Shown: in pieces, positions 49,426-59,526 of the stretch
How the letters are laid out: the number at the start of each line of letters is the position of its first letter
How positions within the stretch are numbered: the first letter of the stretch is position 1
DNA from: an uncultured delta proteobacterium
GTDB taxonomy: Bacteria > Desulfobacterota > Syntrophobacteria > BM002
NCBI GenBank assembly: GCA_963712115.1
Contig: CAVQGX010000043.1
Coordinates: 32,001 to 96,000 of the forward strand
Reading direction: 5' to 3'
Length of the DNA: 64,000 bases
The notes under the pieces: model-generated
Seen by the model: only the letters and a program-made list of their open reading frames with translations
The model's database searches: none
Told to the model about the DNA's origin: nothing
Position numbers and translations under genes: made by a program

Positions 49426-50166
49426 ATGTCTCTCAAGAAACACCTGGAGGAATTAGAAGCTTTTCGGGCCACTGACAATGAGCCAGGCATTGCCAATGCC
49501 TGTTTCAAGATAGGCGACCTCTACCTCAGCAAAGGTAAGTGGAGTGATGCCAAAGAATATCTGAGAGAAGCAAAGGCCATATGTGGAAAACTGGGCAACG
49601 AAGAAGGATCCGCCATAACCGCCATTGGACTGGGAGATGTTTACCGTAATACCCGGAATCTTGAAACAGCCCGCAACCACTACGAGCAAGCCCTGGATTT
49701 TTTCGAAAAAGAAGGGAACGAAAAGAAAATAGCTAATCTGATGGAGAGATTGGGAGATCTTTCTAGAGAACAGGGAGATTTCTCCCGGGCAATGGAGGCC
49801 TTCGCCAGGGCACGGCTCATCTGTCAGAATCACGGCGACGAAGTTGGCACAGCCCATTTTAGCGAGAGAATGGCCCTGGTGCACAGGCAACAGGAGAACT
49901 TTGGTTCAGCAATCGAGTGTTTTCAACAAGCGCTGAGTTATTATGAGCAACACCGTGTTGCGGATCGACTTGCCTTTGTCCTCACTGGCTTGGGTGAACT
50001 TCAATACAAAATAGGACAACCACAGGAAGCTCTGGATTACCTGGGCAGGGCCTTGCACATCTACAAGAGGCTGGGGGCGGGCAAGCCAGCAGAATTGCTA
50101 GCAGCGGAAATAGATGCCATTCAAGCCACTTTGGAAGACGAGAAAAAGGAGGTGGATAAAGTTTGA
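49426..50166 (+). CDS. tetratricopeptide repeat protein
   Basis: Repeated LG..Y...G....A...Y..AL units. Confidence 0.85.
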   Translation: MSLKKHLEELEAFRATDNEPGIANACFKIGDLYLSKGKWSDAKEYLREAKAICGKLGNEEGSAITAIGLGDVYRNTRNLETARNHYEQALDFFEKEGNEKKIANLMERLGDLSREQGDFSRAMEAFARARLICQNHGDEVGTAHFSERMALVHRQQENFGSAIECFQQALSYYEQHRVADRLAFVLTGLGELQYKIGQPQEALDYLGRALHIYKRLGAGKPAELLAAEIDAIQATLEDEKKEVDKV

Positions 50167-50395
50167 GTATCCCCCTGCCCTCCCCTCATTTATACTTTAT
50201 TGAGTTTGCTGTTGACATGTGAGGGAGAGGTAGATAAATTTGTTAATTCACGTATTTACGAATTCAGGTATTAAGGGATTAAGGAATTGAGGGATTAGGG
50301 AATTTGGGTTCCCCAGTTCCAAAACCCCAAGATTTGAAATCCCTGAATTCGGCATTCCTAAATTTCCGAATTTATTATTATGGAGTTAGATAGTT

Positions 50396-51025
50396 ATGGA
50401 AGAGAAAAAAAAGAAAGAGGTTTCTGAAGATACGGTTTTTCGGGCTCTGAGAAGGCAGCTTTTGGCGACGCCCTACTCGGCTCCGCTGCATTACAATTTG
50501 GGTCTTGCTTACGCCCGAAGGGGCCAGCTGGACGAGTCAGTCACAGCTTTCCAACAGGCCATTGTTTTTGACCCAAAGATGGTTGAGGCCTATATCAACC
50601 TGGGAGGAATTTATTTACGCAAAGGTAATTTGGAGGCTTGCATAGAGGCCAATCAGAAGGCACTTGAAATAAACCCCAGCCATCCTCTCGCCCACAGTAA
50701 CCTGGGTTTCTCCCTAATCCAGCAGGGAAAAGTGGATGAGGGCATGATTGAGTATGAGAAGGCCCTGGAAATAGATCCAAATCAAGCTGCGGTAAGGGCT
50801 AATCTAGGCGGGGCTTATTTCCAAAAAGGCAACTTTGAGGCAGCCATCAAAGAAAATCTCAAGGCCCTTGAATTAAATCCTAGCTTTGCTTTGGCCCACA
50901 ACAACCTGCTCCATGCTTATCGTGCAATCGACGACCAGGAGTCGGCCAAAATTCACTGTGAGAAAGCATTGGAACTCGGCTTTCAGGTAAATCCTGAGCT
51001 GGCTAAAGAGTTAGGCTGCGGCTAA
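50396..51025 (+). CDS. tetratricopeptide repeat protein
   Basis: Canonical TPRs (YNLGLAY, AYINLGGIY, KALEINP). Confidence 0.9.
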   Translation: MEEKKKKEVSEDTVFRALRRQLLATPYSAPLHYNLGLAYARRGQLDESVTAFQQAIVFDPKMVEAYINLGGIYLRKGNLEACIEANQKALEINPSHPLAHSNLGFSLIQQGKVDEGMIEYEKALEIDPNQAAVRANLGGAYFQKGNFEAAIKENLKALELNPSFALAHNNLLHAYRAIDDQESAKIHCEKALELGFQVNPELAKELGCG

Positions 51026-51040
51026 AGGGAGTATGGGTGC

Positions 51041-51553
51041 ATGGTGAAAATTCAACCCGAAAACAGTTACGTGGTGATAAAATACACGGTAAAATTGGAA
51101 GATGGCGAGGTTATCAAGGGTGACCCCGAGGAGGGATTGGCCCATATGGAGTTTGTCACCGGTTACAACCAGGTAATCCTAGGGCTGGAAAGAAGACTAA
51201 TCGGGATGTCCAAGGGAGACAGGGGTGAAGTTGCCGTACCACCAGAGGAGGGCTTCGGCTCATATGATCCCAAGCTGATACAGGAGAAACTTTACAAAGA
51301 ATTTCCGGAAGGTAGGAATCTGGAAGAAGGTCGCTGGGTTAGGGCCACCAACCCTGATCATCGGGTGACATTTGGATATCTGGTATTAGAAAAAAAACCG
51401 GACCGTATCATCCTTGACTACAACCATCCACTGGCCGGAAAGACTCTCATCTATGAGTTCACCGTTGAGAATGTCAGAGAAGCGAACCGAGAAGAATTAG
51501 AGATTCTCAGACCTTGTGAGTTTGGGCAAACAGAGGGGCCGCCTATGGAATAG
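51041..51553 (+). CDS. FKBP-type peptidyl-prolyl isomerase (SlyD-like)
   Basis: VPPEEGFG and DYNHPLAGKTL. Confidence 0.85.
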   Translation: MVKIQPENSYVVIKYTVKLEDGEVIKGDPEEGLAHMEFVTGYNQVILGLERRLIGMSKGDRGEVAVPPEEGFGSYDPKLIQEKLYKEFPEGRNLEEGRWVRATNPDHRVTFGYLVLEKKPDRIILDYNHPLAGKTLIYEFTVENVREANREELEILRPCEFGQTEGPPME

Positions 51554-51557
51554 GCGG

Positions 51558-51749
51558 AAATTCGAAATTCTAAATACTAAGCACGAAACAAATTCTAAAT
51601 CCAAATTTCAAATGTTCCAAAGGAAACTCGCTCCAATCTACAATTCAAAAGCTTTGATCATTTGAAACCGGGGCCCCGCCTGGAAGGTGGGGACTCCGAA
51701 GGAGAATTTGAGAATTGTTTCGGATTTTGATACTAGGATTTAGGATTTG
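51558..51749. repeat. heptamer-periodic palindromic element with internal insert
   Basis: AAATTCGAAATTCTAAATACTAAGCACGAAAC...GGATTTAGGATTT. Confidence 0.65.
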
Positions 51750-51836
51750 CCGTGGGCTACTAGAGCCTCAGATAATGCTAGCCCGCGTATAATTTCAAGG
51801 AACATCTGGACGCGTTACGCTTAGGACCACGGAGCT

Positions 51837-52205
51837 ATGGCAAAGCTAACTCCCGAAGAAGAAGAGAAAAAAAGGGCAATTTTCGACGGAATGTCCCCCA
51901 AAACCCAGGAACGCATCCTCAAAAAGGGCTATGAAGAATGGGACCCCTTTATGATGCCCAAAGAACCATTGGGCTACAAGTTAAGACAAGAGGCCAGGGG
52001 TGAGGAGGTTAGCCTAGATTCCGGCCACGAGTTATATGAGAGGTTTTTCGCCGGACGTAAAATAACCGACTACTCGGCCGAATATGTCAAGGGGGTTTTG
52101 GAAATAGCAGAGGGTATTTTCCGTGAAAAAGATAGTTACCGAGGCATGTACGATTTCAGCTGCTGGTATGCGAATTGGCGCAAAAATAAGGAAAAGGAAG
52201 AATGA
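51837..52205 (+). CDS. hypothetical protein
   Basis: ORF with GGAG RBS; GYEEWDPF..PKEP looks like a conserved motif. Confidence 0.7.
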   Translation: MAKLTPEEEEKKRAIFDGMSPKTQERILKKGYEEWDPFMMPKEPLGYKLRQEARGEEVSLDSGHELYERFFAGRKITDYSAEYVKGVLEIAEGIFREKDSYRGMYDFSCWYANWRKNKEKEE

Positions 52206-52254
52206 CTAATACGGAGCCGTATTTGGATCTGTTTATTACGACAGGTGATTGAAC

Positions 52255-52971
52255 ATGAGCAAATTCGTGATCCATCCCTTGGTTGTGGGCATCAATGAGA
52301 CTGATCAGGGCATTATGACTTATCAGAAAGGTTACGGTAAGCGTATTTTTCTTCCCATATATGTTTTCTACCTAGAGGGCGGTGATCAGAGAATTCTCGT
52401 GGATACCGGTATGGAGGAGTTCATGGTTCCTCCCGAGGCCGAAGAACAGACCGGTTTGCAAATTATGAAGTTTGAAGACGCGCTGGCCACCGTGAATTTG
52501 AAGCCGGAAGATGTGGACATAGTAATCCAGACTCACCTGCACAATGATCACTGTGAGAATACCTACAAGTGCACAAATGCCAAGATTTACGTGCAGCAAG
52601 CAGAATTGGATTTTTTCAACGCGCCCCACCCTCTTGATCACCGCTACTATTCAGATCTTCTTGACGACTTGGAGGTGATTACTTTGGAGGGTGATGCAGA
52701 AATCGTTCCTGGCGTTCGCGTCATTTTGACTCCCGGGCACACAGCGGGTGGACAATCTGTTGCGGTGGAGACCCATAAGGGAACTGCAGTCATCACCGGT
52801 TTTTGTTGTAATGCTGATAACTTCCCCAGCGTGGGCCCTGCGGTAACACCGGGTGTACATATAAACGCCATTGACGCTTATGAAAGCGCTCAGCGCGTTA
52901 AAAAACTGGCAGATATTTTGATTCCAATCCACGATATTGAAATGGGACGCAGGGGAAAGATTCCAGCCTGA
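52255..52971 (+). CDS. metallo-beta-lactamase fold hydrolase (AHL-lactonase-like family)
   Basis: LVDTG, THLHNDH, TPGHTAG and IPIHD. Confidence 0.85.
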   Translation: MSKFVIHPLVVGINETDQGIMTYQKGYGKRIFLPIYVFYLEGGDQRILVDTGMEEFMVPPEAEEQTGLQIMKFEDALATVNLKPEDVDIVIQTHLHNDHCENTYKCTNAKIYVQQAELDFFNAPHPLDHRYYSDLLDDLEVITLEGDAEIVPGVRVILTPGHTAGGQSVAVETHKGTAVITGFCCNADNFPSVGPAVTPGVHINAIDAYESAQRVKKLADILIPIHDIEMGRRGKIPA

Positions 52972-53000
52972 GAAGACATTCCCCCCGAGAAGTGCTAGCG

Positions 53001-53201
53001 ATGAAACGGACTATAGAACTGCGAAAGGCAAAAAGGAAGAAATATATCTGCCATTGCTGCAGCAAAGAACACAAATTCTGCTGGACCTGCGACTGCGGCT
53101 TTCAGATATGTCTAACTTGTATGCAGGAGAATCAATGGGGTATAAGCGGTAACTCTGTGACCTGGATCTGCCCCGACTGTGGCGAGTTGCGGGGTATCTA
53201 A
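53001..53201 (+). CDS. small Cys-rich (zinc finger-like) protein
   Basis: CHCC, CWTCDCG, CLTC and CPDCG within 66 aa. Confidence 0.6.
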   Translation: MKRTIELRKAKRKKYICHCCSKEHKFCWTCDCGFQICLTCMQENQWGISGNSVTWICPDCGELRGI

Positions 53202-53212
53202 CCTTACCAAAA

Positions 53213-54749
53213 ATGACCTTCCACACAGATCGCTTCAAACTGCACCATCCGGAATCGTTTCCCAACGTCCTCAGGACGGTTAATCGCTATGTATATGAGG
53301 GAAATGTAGTTTACCGTTGGCAGGGTTCTCCGACTCCTTTTGCCCGCCCTGGAGACCTTTTTCTTGCTTCAGGGGCAAGCAAAGAGATCCCGGCTCCCTC
53401 TGAATCTGTAGAACTGCCAGAGTCGGCGCTCAATCACCTTGTGCCCCTCAAATCCGGACGGGTTGCCCTCCTGTGGGACAAGTCTTTTCTCTGGGGATTC
53501 CTAGCAGTTAGTACTTTCAGGGATCTCGGATTTTCTGTTGATCTGCTCACCGCCACCGATGTGAGAGCTGGAGCTCTGGCAAGCTACCAGTTGCTTATTG
53601 TGCCAGGCGGTTGGGCTAGTCTCAAGAGCGAAGAGCTGGGCTTTGGTGGCCGGGAAGAGCTCCGACGCTATGTGTATAGAGGTGGAGCCTACTTGGGAAT
53701 CTGCGGTGGTGCTGGGCTCGCTCTTCAGGTGGATGAAGGGCTGGCGCTAGTGCCTGTTGCACGGAAAGCGATAACCGATCGACTCCCCAATTTTAGCGGT
53801 TCCATCCGGGTGCGCCAGGCAAGCTCACACCCTCTCTGGTGGAGCCTTCAAGGGGAGGAAGTCTTTCAAGTTTGGTGGCCTTCGCAGTTTGATCTCGTGG
53901 AACCTAATGACATTAAAATTCTCGGACGATATGGCGAGCCGGAGAGCGATTTCTGCGTCTCGGACCTTAAGGTCGCTGAAACCCTGGCGGCTGGAAGAGA
54001 TTGGAAACAATTTGAGGAAACCTATCAGATCAATCTAGATCCCGAGCGTCTGATTAACGAGCCTGCAGTTCTTGAAGGTAGATACGGTGAGGGCCGAGTC
54101 TTACTCTCATATCCACATTTGGAAACCCCGGGTGATGCCGCGGGCAATACGGCCCTTTTCAATATTTGGTATGATTTACTGAATAATTCTGTTGTTGGAG
54201 CCGGTGGTGATTCTGATAAGGTCAGTCCTCTAACAATAAAAGAGGTGGATGGTAAGAGCTTGGAGCGGATAGGAAAAATAGCGCGCGAAGCCCTTATGTT
54301 AGTTGACTTGGGTGAAAGACATAACCTTTGGTCCTGGCGCAATTCCTGGTTGCTGCAGTGGAAAAGAGGTGTCCGCGGAGCTGAATTTGGCACAATTTCC
54401 GTACTTCTGAATGGACTTGCAGATGAGCTGGAACGGACAGGAGCAGTGGCAATTGTTTCCCACAGCTCCCGTTATAGTGGAAATGGGAGAGCAATGTGAC
54501 AGACTTGAGGAACTTTGGAGGCAATTTCACCACAAAGGGTGCGCTTTGCTGGAAGAGGAAGCACGGGGACTCAATGGCGAAAATGATATAAATACCGGCA
54601 AGATCACCCCTAGAGTTCGAACTTTGCGAACAGAAATTTTCAACTGCGTTGAGTGTTATGGGAGTAAGAGTTATGGCGGTCTTTACCGCCTACTCTTGGA
54701 CCAGATCGATTCTCTTTTGCTGGGTGCCTTGCTTGTCAGATCTACCTAG
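53213..54749 (+). pseudogene. BPL-N (class I glutamine amidotransferase-like) domain protein split by a +1 frameshift near 54455
   Basis: VPGGWAS, GGAYLGICGGAG and LSYPHLE in 53213..54499; overlapping ORF 54411..54749 appears to supply a C-terminus. Confidence 0.55.
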
Positions 54750-54990
54750 GGAGGCAACCTCAATACCTTAAGTGTGGACATGGATGCGCAGTGTGCTCCC
54801 GCCAACGTCCTGAAAGGAGTAATGGAGTACTGGAGTAATGGAGTAGTACAAAATGGCAACTTAACATTCTAAAGAATTCAGCATCTTAACAACACTCCAA
54901 TACTCCAACCCTCCAATACTCCATAAACACTTGAGGTGTATCATACCTTTTGAGCAACTTGTGCCTGCCAGGTGAGAGAGCTATGCGGCC

Positions 54991-55542
54991 TCAAGGAGAT
55001 TCATATAGGACAAATCTCCCCACAGATGGTGCACACTCAGCTATTCTTCTAAAATAACGGGGGGGAAAATGGGGACCATTTACAAGTAAGCGTCCCCTCC
55101 AGGTGGTAAGTAAGCGCTCCTCCAACTCGTAAAACGGCTTGTCCGGATACAGGTACAACAAGTCATGACCCCTGAGGTCGGCTCGGAGAAAATTTGCTCG
55201 TAAAAATGTGGCCTTGGACAAGTTAAGAGAATGCCAAAATTCGATTGACTTTTGATAGAGCCATTCGTCAATTTCGTAGCCCGTAGCCTGAGTGAATAAT
55301 GAAGCAATGGCCACCACTATGCCGTCTCCACTCCCCAAGTCAGCCATGTGGCTATATTGATCCAGCTGAAAATGGCAAAAACCGCGATAGACCTCTTCCG
55401 CGATAGAAGTGGCCCACATTCCCGACTTCGTACTACGGTATGGTGGCCTGTCTTCTAAGAGTTTGAGCCTTTGATAAAAGTCTTGGTAAGCGGTTTTAAC
55501 CTTCCTGAAGGTTAAATCTCTATCCCGTGACGGATCAGACAT
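54991..55542 (-). CDS. class I SAM-dependent methyltransferase
   Basis: ADLGSGDG, GYEID and YLYPD. Confidence 0.8.
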   Translation of the reverse strand: MSDPSRDRDLTFRKVKTAYQDFYQRLKLLEDRPPYRSTKSGMWATSIAEEVYRGFCHFQLDQYSHMADLGSGDGIVVAIASLFTQATGYEIDEWLYQKSIEFWHSLNLSKATFLRANFLRADLRGHDLLYLYPDKPFYELEERLLTTWRGRLLVNGPHFPPRYFRRIAECAPSVGRFVLYESP

Positions 55543-55749
55543 TTTGGTAGGCAAGATTAAGCGGGCTTTTTATTGTAATGGCGAGTACTTATCTTGCGAA
55601 ACATGGGCAAGATCGAGTCGATAAGAAACTTACCCTCCCCTGCAGGTCTCCCAGAATTTCTATGGAGTTATCTTTTTCCGCAAATGCGACTATTGCAGCG
55701 GATGCTTGAATAGATGGGTGACTGATTTACAAATTAGAACTTCGAAGTT

Positions 55750-56028
55750 CTATTTGCTGTCAACGCGCTCCTTCATTTCTTTTCCAACTTTGAAATAAGG
55801 AAGCTTCTTTTCCTTTACTTGAATTATTTCTCCTGTCTTTGGATTACGTCCCTGATAGCTATTGTAGCTTTTGACTTTAAAGCTGCCGAAGCCTCGGATT
55901 TCGACCCGGTCGCCCTTGGCAAGAGAGTCTGACATGGAGTCAAACACCACATTCACCACGCTGGCAGCATTCTTGATCGTAATACCCTCCTCTTTGGCAA
56001 TTCGCTCGATGAGCTGGCTCTTGTTCAT
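55750..56028 (-). CDS. ihfB: integration host factor beta / HU family protein
   Basis: MNKSQLI, RVEIRGFGSF, GRNPKTG and PYFKVGKEMKERV. Confidence 0.8.
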   Translation of the reverse strand: MNKSQLIERIAKEEGITIKNAASVVNVVFDSMSDSLAKGDRVEIRGFGSFKVKSYNSYQGRNPKTGEIIQVKEKKLPYFKVGKEMKERVDSK

Positions 56029-56248
56029 CCTCCTTCCTCCCCGCTAAAATGTTCACCCAGGCATCCTCCTTTATTAATAAGGAGGGTACGACGACAATTC
56101 CTATCTCTCTGAAAGGTTCTTAACAAACTAGCCGAAGCTTTTACCTTTGTCAACGATATTTTTCGATAATTAACTAAAATAATTATAAAAAAATAAAGGG
56201 CGGGAATAATTGGTGTGAATAAGGCTTTGGCTCATGGCCGGATTGAGC

Positions 56249-57043
56249 TTAGCGCACAATCGAGCGATCTGCATAATATCCACTTTTGACCGATATGGCC
56301 GGGAACACTAAACAACGGCGACCCAGTAGGGTCCCGGGATTAGTAACTGAATTGCAGCCCGTTTCGGTATCGTCGCCGATAATGGCACCGAATTTTCGCA
56401 AACCGGTGTCGTATAACTTGTCGTTTATTCTTATCCCTACTGGTGTTCCGGTTATTTTGAGATTGGCCAATTTTGTGCCCGCCCCTAAGTTGGTGCGATT
56501 TCCAAGAATACTATCTCCAATGTAAGCAAAGTGGCCGGCTTTGGCACCATCCAACATAACTGAGTGCTTCATTTCGGTGGTGTGTCCTAGTACACAGCGG
56601 TCCCCCACAAGGCAATGTCCACGGAGATATGCACCTTGTCGAACCTCGCAGTAGGAGCCAATGATCGTAGGGCCTTTGATCAAGGCTCCAGGCTCTACCA
56701 CACTCCCTGGTCCCACAAAGATATCATCGTCCATCAGGCAGGCCCCTGCATAGAATACAATGGCGCCTTCGAGAACCTCTCCTTCGTGGATCACCTGAAA
56801 TTTGCCTTTGCAGACGTCTCCTGGGCGTAAATCAAAACCAGAGGTCAGGACATTCCCCCGGTGTAAAACCACTGTTTGCTGAAACACCGGTCCAGAGCTG
56901 ACAAGTCCCTGCAAATTGGGCTTCAAAGTTTGGGCTATGTAAGATTTAAGGCGAGTGAGGGCCTGCCAGACAGGCTCGTCCTTGTTGAAGAGTTCCCCAT
57001 GGGCCCAATCTTTAAGAGCGAAAAAATTTTCTGCAGAGAGCAT
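56249..57043 (-). CDS. hexapeptide-repeat (GlmU C-terminal-like) transferase
   Basis: EVRQGAYLRG, HFAYIGDSILG, NLGAGT and GCNSVTNPG. Confidence 0.8.
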   Translation of the reverse strand: MLSAENFFALKDWAHGELFNKDEPVWQALTRLKSYIAQTLKPNLQGLVSSGPVFQQTVVLHRGNVLTSGFDLRPGDVCKGKFQVIHEGEVLEGAIVFYAGACLMDDDIFVGPGSVVEPGALIKGPTIIGSYCEVRQGAYLRGHCLVGDRCVLGHTTEMKHSVMLDGAKAGHFAYIGDSILGNRTNLGAGTKLANLKITGTPVGIRINDKLYDTGLRKFGAIIGDDTETGCNSVTNPGTLLGRRCLVFPAISVKSGYYADRSIVR

Positions 57044-57069
57044 TCTAACTCCAGTGGAATAATGATTAA

Positions 57070-57312
57070 TTACCGTGATCTCGAGTTGAAGAACTGCCTC
57101 GCTTCGTCTTTGAGAATGTCCAACAGAGTCATTCCTCTTTTCTTTGCAATCTCTCGGGCCTCATCCAGGAGGCGTGAGGCTGCGACATCGAGATCGCTGT
57201 TATTTGGTATAGGGGATCCTTCTTTCTGCAATTTCCAGCGCAGAATGGATTTGGCCAGCCTGAGTTCGCTTTGCCGGAGATGGTTCAACAATGAGTCGGG
57301 TAAAATCTTCAT
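57070..57312 (-). CDS. hypothetical protein
   Basis: 80-aa helical ORF co-oriented with the downstream gene. Confidence 0.55.
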   Translation of the reverse strand: MKILPDSLLNHLRQSELRLAKSILRWKLQKEGSPIPNNSDLDVAASRLLDEAREIAKKRGMTLLDILKDEARQFFNSRSR

Positions 57313-57440
57313 ATTATTAATTATTTAGAGTAATGACGGTCAGTGTAGCCAAAAAGCGTTGGACCGTCAAGGTAAATGAATCAGGCTTGAATTCAGCGGC
57401 CAGAATTAAGGGGCCAGAAGACAGCCAGCAGCTGAGAGCG

Positions 57441-57548
57441 GGCAGCAGATAGAACTTAGAGGTCAGAGATCAGATGTCGAAGGTCAGGAGTAAACCTGAT
57501 CTCTGACCTCCGACTTCTGACCTCTTTGATGGACGACTTCAACGATTT
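57441..57548. repeat. 108-bp palindromic intergenic repeat, copy 2
   Basis: Matches 7481-7588. Confidence 0.85.
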
Positions 57549-57593
57549 AAACGATTTGACGAATCGACTAATAACTCCTGGCACCTGACCTCT

Positions 57594-59099
57594 TTATTTC
57601 CACTTTATTAGCAACCGAGCGGCCTGATCAAGCGCTTCCTGCTGAGTACTTATGCGCCCCTCCCACTGGAGTTCAACCAGAGCGTCAAGAAGCCTTCCCA
57701 CCATAGGGCTTGGAGAGAGATGCAGAAACTTCATAAGATCGTGACCGCTGACTACAGGAGGCTCCATCTCCCTAGGCTTCAGTTGTTCATAGTAAAAATC
57801 TAGCCAGTCACGTATTCGCTGGCGCAGTGGCTGCAAATCGCTTCCAGCTGAGGTAGCGTCGTGAAATGCTTTGTAATTTGAGGCAAACAGCAGAATGAGC
57901 GGCCAAAAAAGCTCAGGTCCTAGTCTAAAGAAACGGGACAGGGCCCGTGTTGGAGTGCGAGTGAGGCGGAAGAGATGGACTGGACGCATATGCTGGCGAA
58001 CAAGCTGGCTGACAAAGTTGATTTCCTTGTTACTTAACAGTAGCCGGGTGCAAAGGGAAGCAGCCAACTCTGATCCTGCAACTTCGTGGCCGTAAAAGTG
58101 GACAGCACCGTTTTTGCCCAGGGATCTGCGACACGGCTTACCTATATTATGGAGCAAAACACCTAGTTTCAGGGCAGTTTGTCGCGTTCTTTCGCCTGCG
58201 AGCTTCTGTAAAAGAATAGCTGAAACGTCGTCAGCATAGTCTCCAAGCAACTCCTGCATGTTGGTTAGAAAGAACTCCATTGCTTCTAGGGCTGAGAGGC
58301 TATGCTGCCAAAGATCCCGATGCTGAGAATCATTCTGCCCCAGATTCCGCATGGCTGCGCACTCAGGCAGCAAAAGTTGCAATACACCGTCTTTGTCCAA
58401 CATTCTTAGGACTGATGCGGAACTCGCTGCCGAAAGAATCAGCATCATTTCATCCCTGATCCGCTCTACCGCTACCTGATTTAAACGGTGACATGCTTGG
58501 AGTATGCTTTTCCGGGTCTGAGCAGGGAGGACAAGACCGTAAGCTGACACTAAACGGTACGCCCTCAAAATGCGAAGCGGATCATCTGAAAGTGAACCTT
58601 GCGAGCAAACACGCAATCTACCGGCCTCAAGGTCCGTAATCCCTCCTAAAGGGTCGAGGAGATGGGCTCCTCTACCAGTCCACCAAGCTGATATATCAAA
58701 AGCCAGGGAATTTATTGTAAAATCACGCTGATAAAGATCATCAAAGATAGATGAACCTCTCAGGGGGGAAAGGTCAACTACGTACGGCTCTCCTATTCCA
58801 TCTGTATGGAGATAGGATATGAGGCGAACGGTCCCAAATTTCCGGTCTATGACCACTGGCTTGCTACCGGTTTGCCTCGCCACTAACTTTGCCAGTTCAG
58901 AAGCGTTGCTGCTTACAAAATCTACATCCTTACAACTCCTTCCGAGCAAGGCGTCGCGCAAGAAACCTCCCACCAAATAGAGTTGATACTCCTCCCTTTG
59001 CGCAACCTCCAGCAGAGCAGAAATGGTTTTGCAGCCCGCGATAAGGTTCTCAACGGAACTCTCAAGCTTGCTGAGGTGAATATTGACAGGTCTATTCAT
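57594..59099 (-). CDS. CCA-adding enzyme / poly(A) polymerase family protein with HD-like domain
   Basis: LVGGFLRD, DVDF, DL.QRDFTIN, DPLGG, DDPLRILR and ERIRDE. Confidence 0.88.
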   Translation of the reverse strand: MNRPVNIHLSKLESSVENLIAGCKTISALLEVAQREEYQLYLVGGFLRDALLGRSCKDVDFVSSNASELAKLVARQTGSKPVVIDRKFGTVRLISYLHTDGIGEPYVVDLSPLRGSSIFDDLYQRDFTINSLAFDISAWWTGRGAHLLDPLGGITDLEAGRLRVCSQGSLSDDPLRILRAYRLVSAYGLVLPAQTRKSILQACHRLNQVAVERIRDEMMLILSAASSASVLRMLDKDGVLQLLLPECAAMRNLGQNDSQHRDLWQHSLSALEAMEFFLTNMQELLGDYADDVSAILLQKLAGERTRQTALKLGVLLHNIGKPCRRSLGKNGAVHFYGHEVAGSELAASLCTRLLLSNKEINFVSQLVRQHMRPVHLFRLTRTPTRALSRFFRLGPELFWPLILLFASNYKAFHDATSAGSDLQPLRQRIRDWLDFYYEQLKPREMEPPVVSGHDLMKFLHLSPSPMVGRLLDALVELQWEGRISTQQEALDQAARLLIKWK

Positions 59100-59215
59100 A
59101 GCGAAATCCCAGGAGGAAGCATATACCTACATAGTACAGAGAGAAGATTGCCTGTCAAGGAAGTAGAAGTCTATTAATTAATGGAGAGAACAGAGCTTAA
59201 AAGGATACAGACTTT

Positions 59216-59483
59216 TACTGTCTAAGCTAGGTGGTATTGAGTTAGACAGTATGGATGGGGTATATGGAAGATATTAGGTTATCTTACTATAATTATTTAG
59301 ACTTAGACTGTCTAAATGTATACGCAAAAAGACTTTTCCAAATGAGTCTTATTGGCAACTATACGCAAGTCTTTTTTAGTGTCTTAGACAGTATAAAATA
59401 CTAATATCGCTGCAAGTTTTATCTTATATTAATTTTTTTGAATTTTTTTCTTGACATTTATACAATATATTTGTACTGTCTAA
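59216..59483 (+). promoter_or_regulatory. operator array (TTAGACAGTA-type, 5 sites) and sigma70 promoter
   Basis: Sites at 59216, 59242, 59307 (9/10), 59384 and 59474; TTGACA(59451)-17 nt-TACTGT(59474). Confidence 0.65.
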
Positions 59484-59526
59484 ATCACTAGGTAAAAAAT
59501 GTAACCCAGTCAATCAAGGATAACTT

